64,000 bases of DNA from IMG/VR virus record IMGVR_UViG_3300037486_000582, positions 32,001-96,000 of that record. The stretch is one strand, 5' to 3'. Below, in pieces: positions 19,195-29,008 of the stretch. How positions within the stretch are numbered: the first letter of the stretch is position 1; every line of letters begins with the position of its first letter. The translations under genes and the position numbers were made by a program. Source of the stretch: a virus. Under the pieces are notes generated by a model. That model was given only the letters and a program-made list of their open reading frames with translations. It was not told the DNA's origin and searched no databases.

Positions 19195-21058
19195 CTGCGT
19201 CCTCCTCGTGCCCGAGCGGGTTCGAAGCCGCCCGAGCAGCCGCGGCGTCCAGTGCGGCCAGCGCGCTGTCGCCTTCCGTGTGCGTCCTGCGTCGGCCGAG
19301 GGCGAGCCCTTGGTGCGACAAGTTCACGAGGTCTTGCGCCTCGGCGACGTCGAGCCCGGCGACCGCCGGTGGCATGTCCTCCGGTGCGCCCTCCACCGGA
19401 GGGGCGAAGCCGGCGAGCGTGAGCTGGATCGGCTGCTTCGCCCACGGCAGGTCCAGCGGGTCGAGCTCGTGGCCGAGGATGTCGCTCGAAAGGTAGCGTG
19501 CTTCGTTCGGGGTGATTGCCCCGACCTTCGCCAGATCGAGGATGACAGCCGCCACCCGTTCCGGGTCGCGGGTCTGCGGCCCGAGCGAGCGGAAGGTCCA
19601 CATTCGGATGTCGAGCATCGGAAGGATGACCCTGTTCAGCCAGGAGTCGAACTCCTTCCGCTCGGGCTCGAACACCTGCTCGTCGGCAAAGCGCAAACTC
19701 GCGTCGGCCGTGGACTTGTTGAAGTCGCGCACGTCACCGCGGAGCAGCCGGGGCAGGCGGAAGGAGCTGCCGATCTTGTCCACGTTCCGCTCGTCGTACT
19801 TCTGGAACATGGCGTCGCCCTTCTGCACGTCGCCGAGGCGTTCGAACGTGAGCCGCGGGTGCTCGTGCGGCGACATCGGGTCGCCTTCGTCGTCGGCCTC
19901 GATGACCATGATCTTGTGGAAGTTCTCGCGCCCCTTGATGTGGTCGCGGATGAACGTCTCGATCCTGGTCACGCTCTCCGAGCTGAGCCGCCCGCCGGAC
20001 ACGAGCAGCGCCAGCGGCGGAATGGCCTTGTTGTCGAAGTAGGCGAAGTTGACCTCGTCCGACGCCCGGCTGCCGAGGACCGCGAGCAGGTTCCCGATCC
20101 AGCGCGGGACACCGTAGGGCTCGCCAGTCCTGTGAATGCGGAAGTGGACCATCTCGGTCGCCTGGTGCTCGCGACCGCGGGTCTGCTCCGCGAAGACCGC
20201 CAGGTTCGCATAGATGCGCCCAGTCTCTCTGGAGACGACCCGCGGGTCGCCAAACTGCTTGAACCAGATGATCTTTGAACCGACCGCCTGGACGTAGCGG
20301 CGGAAGAACTTCGGCTGGTAGATGACCTCCCAGCCAAGCCCGAGGTGGACGCGGTCGGGTACCATGACAGGAATCTCGTCCAGCGCGGTGCAGCGGACGT
20401 GTGTCGGCGGCACCCCAACGAAGCGACTCACCTCCCCGACGCGGTTCCGAAGGATCTCCCAGAAGCCGTTGCCGACGATCTCAAGGTCCTGTCTCGTGTG
20501 GCGGCGAAGCGTCTCGAAACTCCCGTCTGGGTAGACGCCTTCGAAGAACGAGTCGAGCCGCGCCTTCTCGAACCGCGCTCGGATGCGGAGTGCCTCGACG
20601 GTCTTCGCGACCACCTCGTCCGTCGGAAGGTACTGCTCTGGGTCCTTGACCCGGCTCGCCTGTGCCAGCACGTCCGCGTCGTCCGCCGCGTCTCGGAGGT
20701 CGTCGCTCGCTGCCGTCGATGCCTCCGCCGCGCGCACGCGCTCGACCCACATGGCGTCGCGGACCTTCTCCTCCGCCTCCTCGCCGAACAGGTCGAACCG
20801 AGCAGCGAAGCGGTAGCCGAGGCCGTCGATGTTGGTGACGTACGCCTGGACGTTCTGCGGAAGGGCGCTGCTGTTTTCCCACATCCGCAGAAGGTCGATC
20901 GGATTGTACGGCGGTTCGAGGACACCGGCCTCGCGGAAGATGGACTGAAGCTGGTCCGTGTCCTCGCGAATGGAGACCGGAGCGTGGACGGCTTGTCCGA
21001 GCAGCCGCGCCTTCAGCGTCGCGCGTGGTTCCTTCGGTTCTTCCTGTGCGTCGGCCAT
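19172..21058 (-). CDS. Portal protein (PBSX XkdE-like)
   Basis: LEPPYNP, DLEIVGNGFWEILRN, WFKQFGDPR, PYGVPRWIG, YFDNKAIP, FRLPRLLRG..DFNKSTA, QVFEPER. Confidence 0.9.
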   Translation of the reverse strand: MADAQEEPKEPRATLKARLLGQAVHAPVSIREDTDQLQSIFREAGVLEPPYNPIDLLRMWENSSALPQNVQAYVTNIDGLGYRFAARFDLFGEEAEEKVRDAMWVERVRAAEASTAASDDLRDAADDADVLAQASRVKDPEQYLPTDEVVAKTVEALRIRARFEKARLDSFFEGVYPDGSFETLRRHTRQDLEIVGNGFWEILRNRVGEVSRFVGVPPTHVRCTALDEIPVMVPDRVHLGLGWEVIYQPKFFRRYVQAVGSKIIWFKQFGDPRVVSRETGRIYANLAVFAEQTRGREHQATEMVHFRIHRTGEPYGVPRWIGNLLAVLGSRASDEVNFAYFDNKAIPPLALLVSGGRLSSESVTRIETFIRDHIKGRENFHKIMVIEADDEGDPMSPHEHPRLTFERLGDVQKGDAMFQKYDERNVDKIGSSFRLPRLLRGDVRDFNKSTADASLRFADEQVFEPERKEFDSWLNRVILPMLDIRMWTFRSLGPQTRDPERVAAVILDLAKVGAITPNEARYLSSDILGHELDPLDLPWAKQPIQLTLAGFAPPVEGAPEDMPPAVAGLDVAEAQDLVNLSHQGLALGRRRTHTEGDSALAALDAAAARAASNPLGHEEDADDSSHEA

Positions 21059-21096
21059 GGAGGGACGTTACCACGCCACGGCCCGCGCTCCCAGGT

Positions 21097-21477
21097 TCAC
21101 GTTGGCTGTTCGTCGGCGCCCGGTGGCACCGCTGCGCTCTCGGCCGGTGCCACCGCTGGTCCCTGGGCGGGCTCGGCGACGAGCTTCGCCCCGAACGCCT
21201 TGAGCTCCTCCTGGAGCTGGGCGATGCGCTCCTCCTGAAGCTGCTTCGCCCGCGCGACGCCGTTCATGAGTGCTTCGGCCAAGTTCGCTGCCGTCTCGGC
21301 GGACATCGACACGTCCGCGGTCGTCGAGCTGAACTGCATCTTGACCTGGCCTGCCGCGACCCCGACACGGATGTCGATCGCCGGCCGCTTGCCGGAGCCG
21401 TTTCCCGCCGGACGTTGCCTGCCCGGTACGCGCCGCTTCCCGTTGTGCTTGTGGTTGCTCTTGCTCGACATCGTCAT
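21097..21477 (-). CDS. Hypothetical protein
   Basis: MTMSSKSNH..., overlaps upstream stop; SD GGGGAAGG. Confidence 0.55.
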   Translation of the reverse strand: MTMSSKSNHKHNGKRRVPGRQRPAGNGSGKRPAIDIRVGVAAGQVKMQFSSTTADVSMSAETAANLAEALMNGVARAKQLQEERIAQLQEELKAFGAKLVAEPAQGPAVAPAESAAVPPGADEQPT

Positions 21478-21740
21478 CCTTCCCCGGGCTCCGTGTCGTC
21501 GTCGCGGCCGCTCGCGCCAGACACGCTCACTTCCGAGCAGCCAGCACGCTGCAGCATCAGGTCGGCGGCGCACTCGGCCGAGCAGACGTGGAAGTCTCCA
21601 GCCCACCCTGGGAGACAGGTGGCGGTCCACGGCGACGGGAGCTGCTCGCCGTGCGCGATACCGTCGAACTGGGCCGCCCGCCCGCAGGCGTCGCAGACGA
21701 CCAGACAGTGACCTTGGAAGCCCACGCCAGGAGCATACAC
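21474..21740 (-). CDS. Small Cys-rich hypothetical protein
   Basis: CDAC...CSAEC putative Zn ligands. Confidence 0.4.
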   Translation of the reverse strand: MYAPGVGFQGHCLVVCDACGRAAQFDGIAHGEQLPSPWTATCLPGWAGDFHVCSAECAADLMLQRAGCSEVSVSGASGRDDDTEPGEG

Positions 21741-21785
21741 GGACCTTGACGCCGGCGCAGCAGGAACGACACAATGAGAGCTCCT

Positions 21786-21831
21786 CCGGGGTCCACGGTG
21801 CCCTTCCCCCCCAGGGCACCGTGGACCCCGG
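21786..21831. terminator. Perfect 19-bp stem hairpin just downstream of terL
   Basis: CCGGGGTCCACGGTGCCCT-8nt-AGGGCACCGTGGACCCCGG; no good U-tract on the minus strand, so function uncertain. Confidence 0.4.
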
Positions 21832-21837
21832 TTTCGC

Positions 21838-23436
21838 TCATCCGATGGCGCGAACTCCAGACGACGACGATGAAGACGCCCGCCGGCCGGTGTCGCGACG
21901 GAGTTTCCGCTCGTACATGCGCGCCGCTTCCCGCGCGATCCAGGAGGCCATGAGCCGGTCGCCGGTGTGACCTTGCGGGTCGTAGGCCAGCATGTCGTCG
22001 ATCCAGTCGGCGACGCCCCTGGCGACGCGCCGGGAACCGACTTCGCAGGGGATGAGCCACCGGGAAGCCGCCATCTCCGCGGCGAGGCTCTCGACGCCGT
22101 ACTCCGGGGACAGCTTGTTGCGGCCCGTGGTGAAAGCGCGGACGCGCATCCCAGGAGCGCGTTCCCTGACCCACTGGACGAGGAAGTCCTGAGCAGCGTT
22201 GTTCTCCACGACGACCGTCGAGCGGAAGCGTTCGTTCACCGAGACGACCCGGTCGATGATCTCCGGGCCGCTCCACCGCCCCGCCTGAACCTCCAGCACT
22301 TGGCGCATCCCATTTGGCCAGAGCAGCAGCGTGAACAAGGCGCTCTTGCCGGACCCCGGCCGTGCGCTGATCGCGAGGTCGACGCCGGTGATGGTCATGA
22401 AGCCGGCCGGCATCCCGCCCATCTCGAGCAACTCCTCCGTCAGACTCATCTCGGCGGCGAACTCGGGGTCGCGCTCCGCGATGTCTTGCAGACTGCTGTA
22501 CGTCGCGAACCCTTCGCCGAGCGCCAGGCACTGCTCGATCCACGACCGCTGGAACCGCGCGGTGCTCTCGTCGCGCGGCTGGCAGAGCATCTGACGAGAG
22601 AACTCGATCGGCCCGAGCACCTGGGTTCGGACGTGCTCGATCCGGTCCAGCGGCCACCGCTCCGGCCAGGCCAGCTTGCCGTCCTGGTCCAAGACGGGAA
22701 ACCGCATCGAGTGCCACCCCTGGCGCTCCAAGTTGTGGGCCATGTCCTTCGGGTGCCAAGCGTTCGTCAGGAGGCAGACCCACGCACCCTTCGCGAGCCG
22801 CGGGAAGGCGGAAGCGCGAATCCACTCCTCGATCTTGTCCCGCTGGTAGTTGGTGCGTGTGTTGTTCTCGGTCAGGACGTCGTCGATGATGAGCCCGTCG
22901 AGCCGCGCGCCCTGGATGGTTCCTCCCTCCGGCGAGTAGGCTTGCAGGGACGGGTCCTTGATGCCGCCCGGACGCTCCACTTCCAACGAAACGTCGGTCC
23001 AGAGCGTGCCGCGACGAAGGTCTGGGAAGACCTGGTGGAGTATCTGGTTCTCGATGATGTGCTGCTGCGCGGTGCGGATGATCTTCTTTGCCTGGCTCTG
23101 CGTCGCGGACAGAACTGCGTACCGCCGACGCTGGTCCTTCCCGAGCAGCCAGAGGACGCGGGCGATGGCGAGCTGCTGTGTCTTTCCGCTCTCGGGGAAC
23201 GCCCAGATGACCACGTTGCGGTAGCGCTCGATGGCGTAGTGCCAGGCTGCCTGGAAGGGCTTCACCTGGATGTGGTTCCCCGTCTCCTCGTCCCGGAGGA
23301 CCATCTCGCAGAACGCGGGACAGTCCCGCCGCGCCAGACGGAGCATCGCCGCCCACGCAAGCTGCGCCTGCTCACCGATACCATCCGTCGGCGCGTCGCG
23401 CGCCACGCCCGTTCCAATGCCCATCGGCCCAAGCAT
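21838..23436 (-). CDS. terL: Terminase large subunit (start 23436 or 23424)
   Basis: Walker A FPESGKT, Walker B LIIDD, nuclease GVDLA, VVENNAAQ, HTGDRLMA; upstream of portal. Confidence 0.9.
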   Translation of the reverse strand: MLGPMGIGTGVARDAPTDGIGEQAQLAWAAMLRLARRDCPAFCEMVLRDEETGNHIQVKPFQAAWHYAIERYRNVVIWAFPESGKTQQLAIARVLWLLGKDQRRRYAVLSATQSQAKKIIRTAQQHIIENQILHQVFPDLRRGTLWTDVSLEVERPGGIKDPSLQAYSPEGGTIQGARLDGLIIDDVLTENNTRTNYQRDKIEEWIRASAFPRLAKGAWVCLLTNAWHPKDMAHNLERQGWHSMRFPVLDQDGKLAWPERWPLDRIEHVRTQVLGPIEFSRQMLCQPRDESTARFQRSWIEQCLALGEGFATYSSLQDIAERDPEFAAEMSLTEELLEMGGMPAGFMTITGVDLAISARPGSGKSALFTLLLWPNGMRQVLEVQAGRWSGPEIIDRVVSVNERFRSTVVVENNAAQDFLVQWVRERAPGMRVRAFTTGRNKLSPEYGVESLAAEMAASRWLIPCEVGSRRVARGVADWIDDMLAYDPQGHTGDRLMASWIAREAARMYERKLRRDTGRRASSSSSSGVRAIG

Positions 23437-23504
23437 ACCGCACTGTGACGCGCGCCGCGACCGCAACGGAAGCGGCGGACGAGCAACGTCCTACAGCCTC
23501 CGAT

Positions 23505-23636
23505 AAATCGTCCGGGGGATCACACACTATAATCCACTGGCATTATTGGAGAAACACGGACGTCCTCCAGTAATCGTCCTGGGATGTCTTGCAGGATACC
23601 GCCGGGTTTCCTATAAAGGGTGGTGGAGGCGACGCG
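23505..23636 (+). promoter_or_regulatory. Promoter/operator cassette copy 1 (sigma70-like)
   Basis: TTGCAG(23589)-17bp-TATAAA(23612), GGAGG, ATG 23637; two upstream AATCGTCCnGGG boxes. Confidence 0.75.
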
Positions 23637-24038
23637 ATGGGAAAGAAAGACGGGACGCGGGTAGCGAGAGTGGTCGACGCGGGGCACCCGTTGCACGGCC
23701 AGCGGTTCGTGGTCCAGCAGTGGAACAACGGTGCCTGGTACTGCTGGGGCCAGGTAACGTCGTTCAAGAACGGCCACCGCCGCCACGAGGGGTCCTGGCG
23801 TTTCCAGGAGGCGCAGGTCGAAGTCGTCGAGGTCGCGGACTCGGGCGTGGCGCTCTCGATGTCCCTGTTCGAGCAGTGCCGCCAAGACCTCCGCCGCCGC
23901 GGCGCGATGATCTACCGGAACACGATCGTGAAGCCGCCGCACAGCGAGCGGTTTGTGAAGATGGCGCGGGAGCTTGGAATGGCTCTCGAGTCCCTGACGA
24001 CCGATGACGAGCGAACCATAAACGAGATGCTGGAGTAG
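23637..24038 (+). CDS. Hypothetical protein
   Basis: MGKKDGTRV..., directly after cassette SD. Confidence 0.7.
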   Translation: MGKKDGTRVARVVDAGHPLHGQRFVVQQWNNGAWYCWGQVTSFKNGHRRHEGSWRFQEAQVEVVEVADSGVALSMSLFEQCRQDLRRRGAMIYRNTIVKPPHSERFVKMARELGMALESLTTDDERTINEMLE

Positions 24039-24047
24039 GAGACGAAC

Positions 24048-24926
24048 ATGACGAAGGCGAACGAGAACACGAAGGCGATCAAGGTCACGGCGAAGGAGCT
24101 CGCGATCCTTCAGGGCATCGTGAGGAGCGAGTTCCAAGACTTCGGGGCCGGCGGCCCCGTCGGCCAGTACGTCTGGTCATGGAGTGCGACGTCGAACGCG
24201 GGCGATGCGATCAAGAGCCAGCGCAGCGCGGGCGGTGTTGTGGCATCCCTGGTCAAGAAGGGTCTCGCGACCCAGATGGACGAAGGTCGGGACGCGTGCC
24301 TCGCGGTGACCGCGCTCGGCTTTGCCGCCTACCAGGCCAACCTCGCGGTGACCGAGCCCGCCCCGGTTGCCGAGCCCGCCCCGGTTGCCGAGCCCGCCCC
24401 GGTTGCCGAGCCCACCGCCGAGGAGCTGGACGTGATCCGCCGCGCCGTCGAGGACCTCGCCCTGGATGAGCCCGGCACGAGCCCCGTCGACGTCCCGCTG
24501 TATGCGACGATGACCAGCGCGCTCGCGGCGTCCCTGGCCACGAAGGGCTTGGCCGTCGTGACCGAGGTGCGCGCCCGGGACGCCTTCATGGCGATTACCC
24601 AGCGCGGGTACGACGCCGTCGCGGCGACGGTGCGCGTTGCCGCCGCGGTCCCCGCCGAGGAGCCGGCCCCGGTCGAGGTCAAGAGCTATGCCGAGCGCCT
24701 GGCCGCGATCCTCGGGGCCGGCTGCGCCGTGAACACGAACGGTACCCTTCGCGTCGGCGACGCCGCGCTCGCCAAGCTCGAGGAGCTTCTGCCCGGTCAC
24801 GACTACGCGACCAACTTCCCAGAGAGCGGGCTCCTGGAGACCGGGATCAAGATCAACAAGAACAGCATCACCGTCTACCCGATCCGGATCGGAACCTTCC
24901 TCGTCGCGCTCGGGGACCTCTGCTGA
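24048..24926 (+). CDS. Hypothetical protein with two tandem wHTH-like repeats and a C-terminal domain shared with 31094..31687
   Basis: TAKELAIL..SLVKKGL..VTALG versus TAEELDVI..SLATKGL..ITQRG; SD AGGAG. Confidence 0.7.
   Translation: MTKANENTKAIKVTAKELAILQGIVRSEFQDFGAGGPVGQYVWSWSATSNAGDAIKSQRSAGGVVASLVKKGLATQMDEGRDACLAVTALGFAAYQANLAVTEPAPVAEPAPVAEPAPVAEPTAEELDVIRRAVEDLALDEPGTSPVDVPLYATMTSALAASLATKGLAVVTEVRARDAFMAITQRGYDAVAATVRVAAAVPAEEPAPVEVKSYAERLAAILGAGCAVNTNGTLRVGDAALAKLEELLPGHDYATNFPESGLLETGIKINKNSITVYPIRIGTFLVALGDLC
24352..24413 (+). repeat. 18-nt coding tandem repeat (~3.4 units; EPAPVA)
   Basis: CCGAGCCCGCCCCGGTTG repeated. Confidence 0.85.
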
Positions 24927-25208
24927 CCGGCCGCGGCGCTCCTCCCTTTCGCCTCCCAGACCACACCCAGACGCCCCGCCGCCCGACCCGGGCCGGCGTC
25001 CGTCACGCCGACCGAGATGAGCACGGCTGCCGCCCCCAGCGCCGAGCACGACCAACCAGGTCTAGTCGGGGTCGTCCGCCCCCAGCCTCGGAGCGACATG
25101 GCCGCACCAGGCGACCTTGGCGCTGGGGGCCACCGCCCTAGCTCGAGCCGGCCAGTATCGCTTGGCGTGGCCAAGCTGCTCCGGTGCGGACGAGTCGCGT
25201 CGGCGGCC

Positions 25209-26228
25209 CTACTGCCACCCGAGGGCTTGGACCAGAAGGGGTGCCACGACCGCCGGCGAGTGCGCAGCCAGCGTGCGCCCCGCCCCGTCGGCGAGCACGG
25301 CCGTGTCGGAGGCAGAAGGCGGCGAGGACAGGAGCCGGGCGAGCGCCTCCGACGACCCGACCGAAAGGCAGTTGACGCCCGGGGCAAGCTCGCCACCCGG
25401 GCGCAGCCAGCCGTCGTGTACGACCAGAGCCGCGCCCGCGTCCCAGGCCTCAAAGAACGTGTACTGCGTCCCTCCGCCGTCGTCTCGGATGGTGCTCATG
25501 TCGACGACGTACTCGGCCTGCCCCGCGATGAGAAGGGGAGCGTCGGCCGTCTTCGGAAACCGCCCGCGGTAGTACCGCGCCTCCCAGCCCGGGCAAGCCT
25601 TCTCGAGCTTGTGGAAGGCGTACAGCCTGTTGACTGCGCCGTAGATGTGGCAGCGGCCGCGGTCGCCCGGCGGCAGCGCGTCGAAGGCTGGGACGACAAG
25701 GTGCGTCCCCTTGTCGAAGTCGACCCTGGACAGGGTAACCGCCCGCTCGGACCGCGGGTGCTGGCTGCTCACCGCCCGGCGGACGTAGGGGTGTGGAACG
25801 AAGGTAACCCGACTGACACCTCGGCGCCGGACGTTCTCCACGTTCGTCGGCCGGATGACCACGACGCGGCGGCGGTGCCGCTCGATGCACTCCATGAGCG
25901 GCGGGGTCATCTCGGTCGGGTCGTGGAGGATGATGTCGGCCCCGGCACGGAGCAGCGCCTCCGTTGCCTCGGCGTGCGTCCGCCAGTACGAACAGGTGAT
26001 GAGTCCCTGTCCCGCCGCCTTCAGGTCGCGGAGCATCGTGTCGAGCGACGTGGAGAAGGCACGGACGCCGTGACTCCACGGCTTGTCGCCTCGCGCGTCC
26101 CGCTTGGCGAGTCGGTAGAGCATGGGGCAGTGGCCGGTGCGCTCGAGCGCAAGGGCAAGGTGGGCCGTGTAGGACACGAAGCCGCCGAACGCCACGTCGG
26201 TCAGGTAGAACAGGGGCGCGACCGTCAC
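25209..26228 (-). CDS. GT-B fold glycosyltransferase
   Basis: GGFVSYTAHL, ILHDPTE, LSRVDFDKG, GGGTQYTFFEAWDAG; GTG start after GGGGAGGG. Confidence 0.7.
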   Translation of the reverse strand: MTVAPLFYLTDVAFGGFVSYTAHLALALERTGHCPMLYRLAKRDARGDKPWSHGVRAFSTSLDTMLRDLKAAGQGLITCSYWRTHAEATEALLRAGADIILHDPTEMTPPLMECIERHRRRVVVIRPTNVENVRRRGVSRVTFVPHPYVRRAVSSQHPRSERAVTLSRVDFDKGTHLVVPAFDALPPGDRGRCHIYGAVNRLYAFHKLEKACPGWEARYYRGRFPKTADAPLLIAGQAEYVVDMSTIRDDGGGTQYTFFEAWDAGAALVVHDGWLRPGGELAPGVNCLSVGSSEALARLLSSPPSASDTAVLADGAGRTLAAHSPAVVAPLLVQALGWQ

Positions 26229-26239
26229 GGAACCCTCCC

Positions 26240-27511
26240 CTACGCCCGCTCGGCGTTCCAGTAGTAGATCAAGTCGCCGTTCTCGTCCTTGCCCTCCGGC
26301 CGGATGACGCCTTCGAAGTAGCGGTATGGGGAGCGCCCGCGGTTCGGATTGTTCCAGAGCCAGTGCAGGAGGTCGTACATGGACTGGTGCCAGATCTTCG
26401 ACGCGCCTTCCACCGTGCCCCAGTTGAGGACGCGGGCGCGGATGTTCTTGAGCAGCCTCAAGTCCTTCTCGAAGTCGCTCCAACGGACTGAGCCGTTTCT
26501 GCGAGCCAGGACGAGCGCCTCGGTGAACTGGCCTCGGCTGTAGTTCCAGGTCGGGGGCAACCCGCAGCAGGAGCCGTTCGCGCAGCGCTCCTTGAAGTGG
26601 GCGTCCGAGACGTAGAAGCGCAAGCCGACCTCCTTGCACAGCTCCTCCATCCGGTCGATGACGGGCCGCTTCACGTTCCGGTTGAGCCGCATGTAACCGC
26701 GCATCGCCGAGTACCGCTTGTAGAAGGCGTACAGGTCGAAGCCGGCGAGCTTCGACATCTCGTGGAAGTGGAGCCGCCCGCCCGGGCTGCGCTCCTCCAT
26801 GCAGAAGTACTCGGTGCTGAGCGCCGTCGCCCCGGCACTGGCCGCGTCACGGATGAGTTGCTCGTAGGTCGCGTCGCTGATCCCAGGGATGAAGGGGCGT
26901 AGCCGAAGGGTCACGCCACCCTTGTTCAGCTTGGCGTACTTCTCCATCGCCCGGAGGCGCTCCATTGGGCTCGGCACACCCTTCTCGACCTTCCGGGCGA
27001 GTTCCTGGTCGCCCGTGACGATCGAGATCTTCATGTTCCAGTTGTCCTGACCTCGGAAGATGTCCGTGTACCGCTCGTCGTCGAGCCACCAGGTCCCCTT
27101 CGTGCTGAAGCAGATGGGGTAGTCGAGGTCGCGCCAGAACCGGAGCAGCTCCAACCCAACGCCGTACCGCTTCTCGAACGGGCAGAACGGGTCGGACAAC
27201 CCGCCCCACTGAAGGACCTTCCGCGCCCGGATGAAGTCGGTGAAGCGATGGTCCGTGGTCGGGTCGAGCCACAGCCGCATGACCCGGTCGACGTTGACGG
27301 GGACGGCCTCGTGGCTCCAATACTTGTCCTTGCACTTCCCGACCCCGCGGGAGAACTGCGAGAAGCAGTACAGGCAGAAGTACCCGCACACGCTGTACTG
27401 GTCGAAGGTGACCGGCATCGAGCAGTCGGCGACCTCCGCGGAGCAGCGCGGCGAATCGTAGAACCGCTGAAGCCGTGCCTTCGGCCGGCCGTCACTCGTT
27501 TCCGCTGCCAT
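26240..27511 (-). CDS. Radical SAM protein (spore photoproduct lyase-like clade)
   Basis: DQYSVCGYFCLYCFS (CxxxCxxC), GGLSDPF, STKG, VEKGVPSPMERL, LRLRPFIPG. Confidence 0.85.
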   Translation of the reverse strand: MAAETSDGRPKARLQRFYDSPRCSAEVADCSMPVTFDQYSVCGYFCLYCFSQFSRGVGKCKDKYWSHEAVPVNVDRVMRLWLDPTTDHRFTDFIRARKVLQWGGLSDPFCPFEKRYGVGLELLRFWRDLDYPICFSTKGTWWLDDERYTDIFRGQDNWNMKISIVTGDQELARKVEKGVPSPMERLRAMEKYAKLNKGGVTLRLRPFIPGISDATYEQLIRDAASAGATALSTEYFCMEERSPGGRLHFHEMSKLAGFDLYAFYKRYSAMRGYMRLNRNVKRPVIDRMEELCKEVGLRFYVSDAHFKERCANGSCCGLPPTWNYSRGQFTEALVLARRNGSVRWSDFEKDLRLLKNIRARVLNWGTVEGASKIWHQSMYDLLHWLWNNPNRGRSPYRYFEGVIRPEGKDENGDLIYYWNAERA

Positions 27512-28253
27512 GCTGCGTCCCAGCGCCACGCCCGGCGACCTCGTCGGCCATCCGCTGAAGCTCCTGCACAGGGTAGATGATGCGGTTCGTGCGGAAGGGC
27601 ACGCCGAAGCACCTCTCCAGCCACGTCCGCTCCGCCTCGCCCTTGAAGACGATGATGAGCCGTTCGCTCTGGAGTGAGTCGTCCTCGGCATCGAGCGGCG
27701 GAAGCGGGTCCGGGCGGAGCCCGGAGTCCTGCGTCCGAGACAGCCGACCATAGTCGATGCCTCCGGGCGCGTTGGGCTGGTCGGGCACCTGGAAGGTGAC
27801 CGGGGCGAGCAACTCGTCGATGTTCAGGTCCGGGATGCGGGTGCTCTCGATGATCGCCTGGACCTCGTCCTCGCTCATCCCCATCCCGCTGAAGAACGTG
27901 GTCTCGGGGTTCCAGTCGGCATAGCGGCTGTTGAGCTGGAGCAGCTTCGCGGCTGCGTCTTGACGGTCCTTCGCCCGGACCTCGACGTAGACGATGGGCG
28001 GGATGGTCCAGCCTTCCTGCTCCAGCGACCGCAGCGCGGCACACGTCTGGTGTCCGTCGAGGATCAGCGGCGAGCCCTCCTCGTCGCGCCACACGAACTT
28101 CGGCACGAACTGGCCGTAGCTCGTGAGACTGGACTTCAGCTTGGCGAGCGCCTCCTCGTCCAGCGGCTTCTTCAGGTCGCCCTGGAAGTCGCGGAGTTCC
28201 GTGTACGGAATGGTCGGTAGGCTGTGTGGGTTGTCGATCTGCAGCGTAGGCAT
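27492..28253 (-). CDS. ParB/Srx-like N-terminal domain protein
   Basis: LAKLKSSLTSYGQFVPKFVW..ILDGHQT..LQLNSRY. Confidence 0.75.
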   Translation of the reverse strand: MPTLQIDNPHSLPTIPYTELRDFQGDLKKPLDEEALAKLKSSLTSYGQFVPKFVWRDEEGSPLILDGHQTCAALRSLEQEGWTIPPIVYVEVRAKDRQDAAAKLLQLNSRYADWNPETTFFSGMGMSEDEVQAIIESTRIPDLNIDELLAPVTFQVPDQPNAPGGIDYGRLSRTQDSGLRPDPLPPLDAEDDSLQSERLIIVFKGEAERTWLERCFGVPFRTNRIIYPVQELQRMADEVAGRGAGTQHGSGNE

Positions 28254-28332
28254 GGGCTCTGTTCCTTCCCCTTATCCGCCCTCGCGGGCGGGAACGGGGT
28301 TCATCATAGAACAGGAAGCGCGGGCGGGGAAG

Positions 28333-28596
28333 CTAGGCGGTGAAGGTCTGGAAGGAGCAGGCGGGGCGGCTGGAGTCGACGCGGAAGCCTTCCGCGCCGT
28401 ACTGCGCGCACTGCCACCACCCGGTCAGTGCCGAGTTGCGGCGAAGCGAAGCGCCGCACTGAGGGCAGCACCCAGTCGCCACGACCGTCTGAGCCTCGGC
28501 CTGGAGCCGGGCGATGTACGCGGCGTGGCACTTGTTGCAGCGAGTCGCGTACCGGCTCATCACACGTCCACAGGCACAACGATTCCTGGTTGCCAT
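28333..28596 (-). CDS. Cys-rich zinc-finger hypothetical protein
   Basis: CACG, CNKC, CPQC; SD GGAGG. Confidence 0.55.
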   Translation of the reverse strand: MATRNRCACGRVMSRYATRCNKCHAAYIARLQAEAQTVVATGCCPQCGASLRRNSALTGWWQCAQYGAEGFRVDSSRPACSFQTFTA

Positions 28597-28597
28597 C

Positions 28598-29008
28598 TCA
28601 GACCTCCTCGTCCATTCCCTGTTCGCGCTTCTGCTCGTCGGTCATCGCCGCCGCGCCGCAGGCGCAGCAGACCTCGCCGTCCCACCAGCGTTCGCAGTGC
28701 GTATCGCCCGGCCGGGCAGGGCACCGCTCCTCGGGCTCCCACGCGCTGTCCGGGTCGTCGTCCGCGGCCGCCGCCGCGTCAGCCTCGGCGGCGGTCTTCT
28801 GGGCGTGCGGCCCGTCGGCCTCGAGCGGCAGGCAGTCGGTGAAGAGGGCGAGCAGATCGCCGCTGACGACCAGGTGGCCGTCGGCGTCCACGCTCGCGTC
28901 GCGGTCCAACTCGGCAATGTCGGCGGGAGCGTCGGTGTCGCATCCGACGATCTCTGCCACGCATGCGATCTCCCTCGGGTCCGTCACGGTCAGCTCGTTT
29001 CGCGTCAT
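28598..29008 (-). CDS. Acidic hypothetical protein
   Basis: MTRNELTV..., directly after cassette copy 2. Confidence 0.65.
   Translation of the reverse strand: MTRNELTVTDPREIACVAEIVGCDTDAPADIAELDRDASVDADGHLVVSGDLLALFTDCLPLEADGPHAQKTAAEADAAAAADDDPDSAWEPEERCPARPGDTHCERWWDGEVCCACGAAAMTDEQKREQGMDEEV

Noticed and set aside
24927-25208. Gene or terminator in the convergent gap
   Set aside because: Only short ORFs without SD and no clear stem plus U-tract
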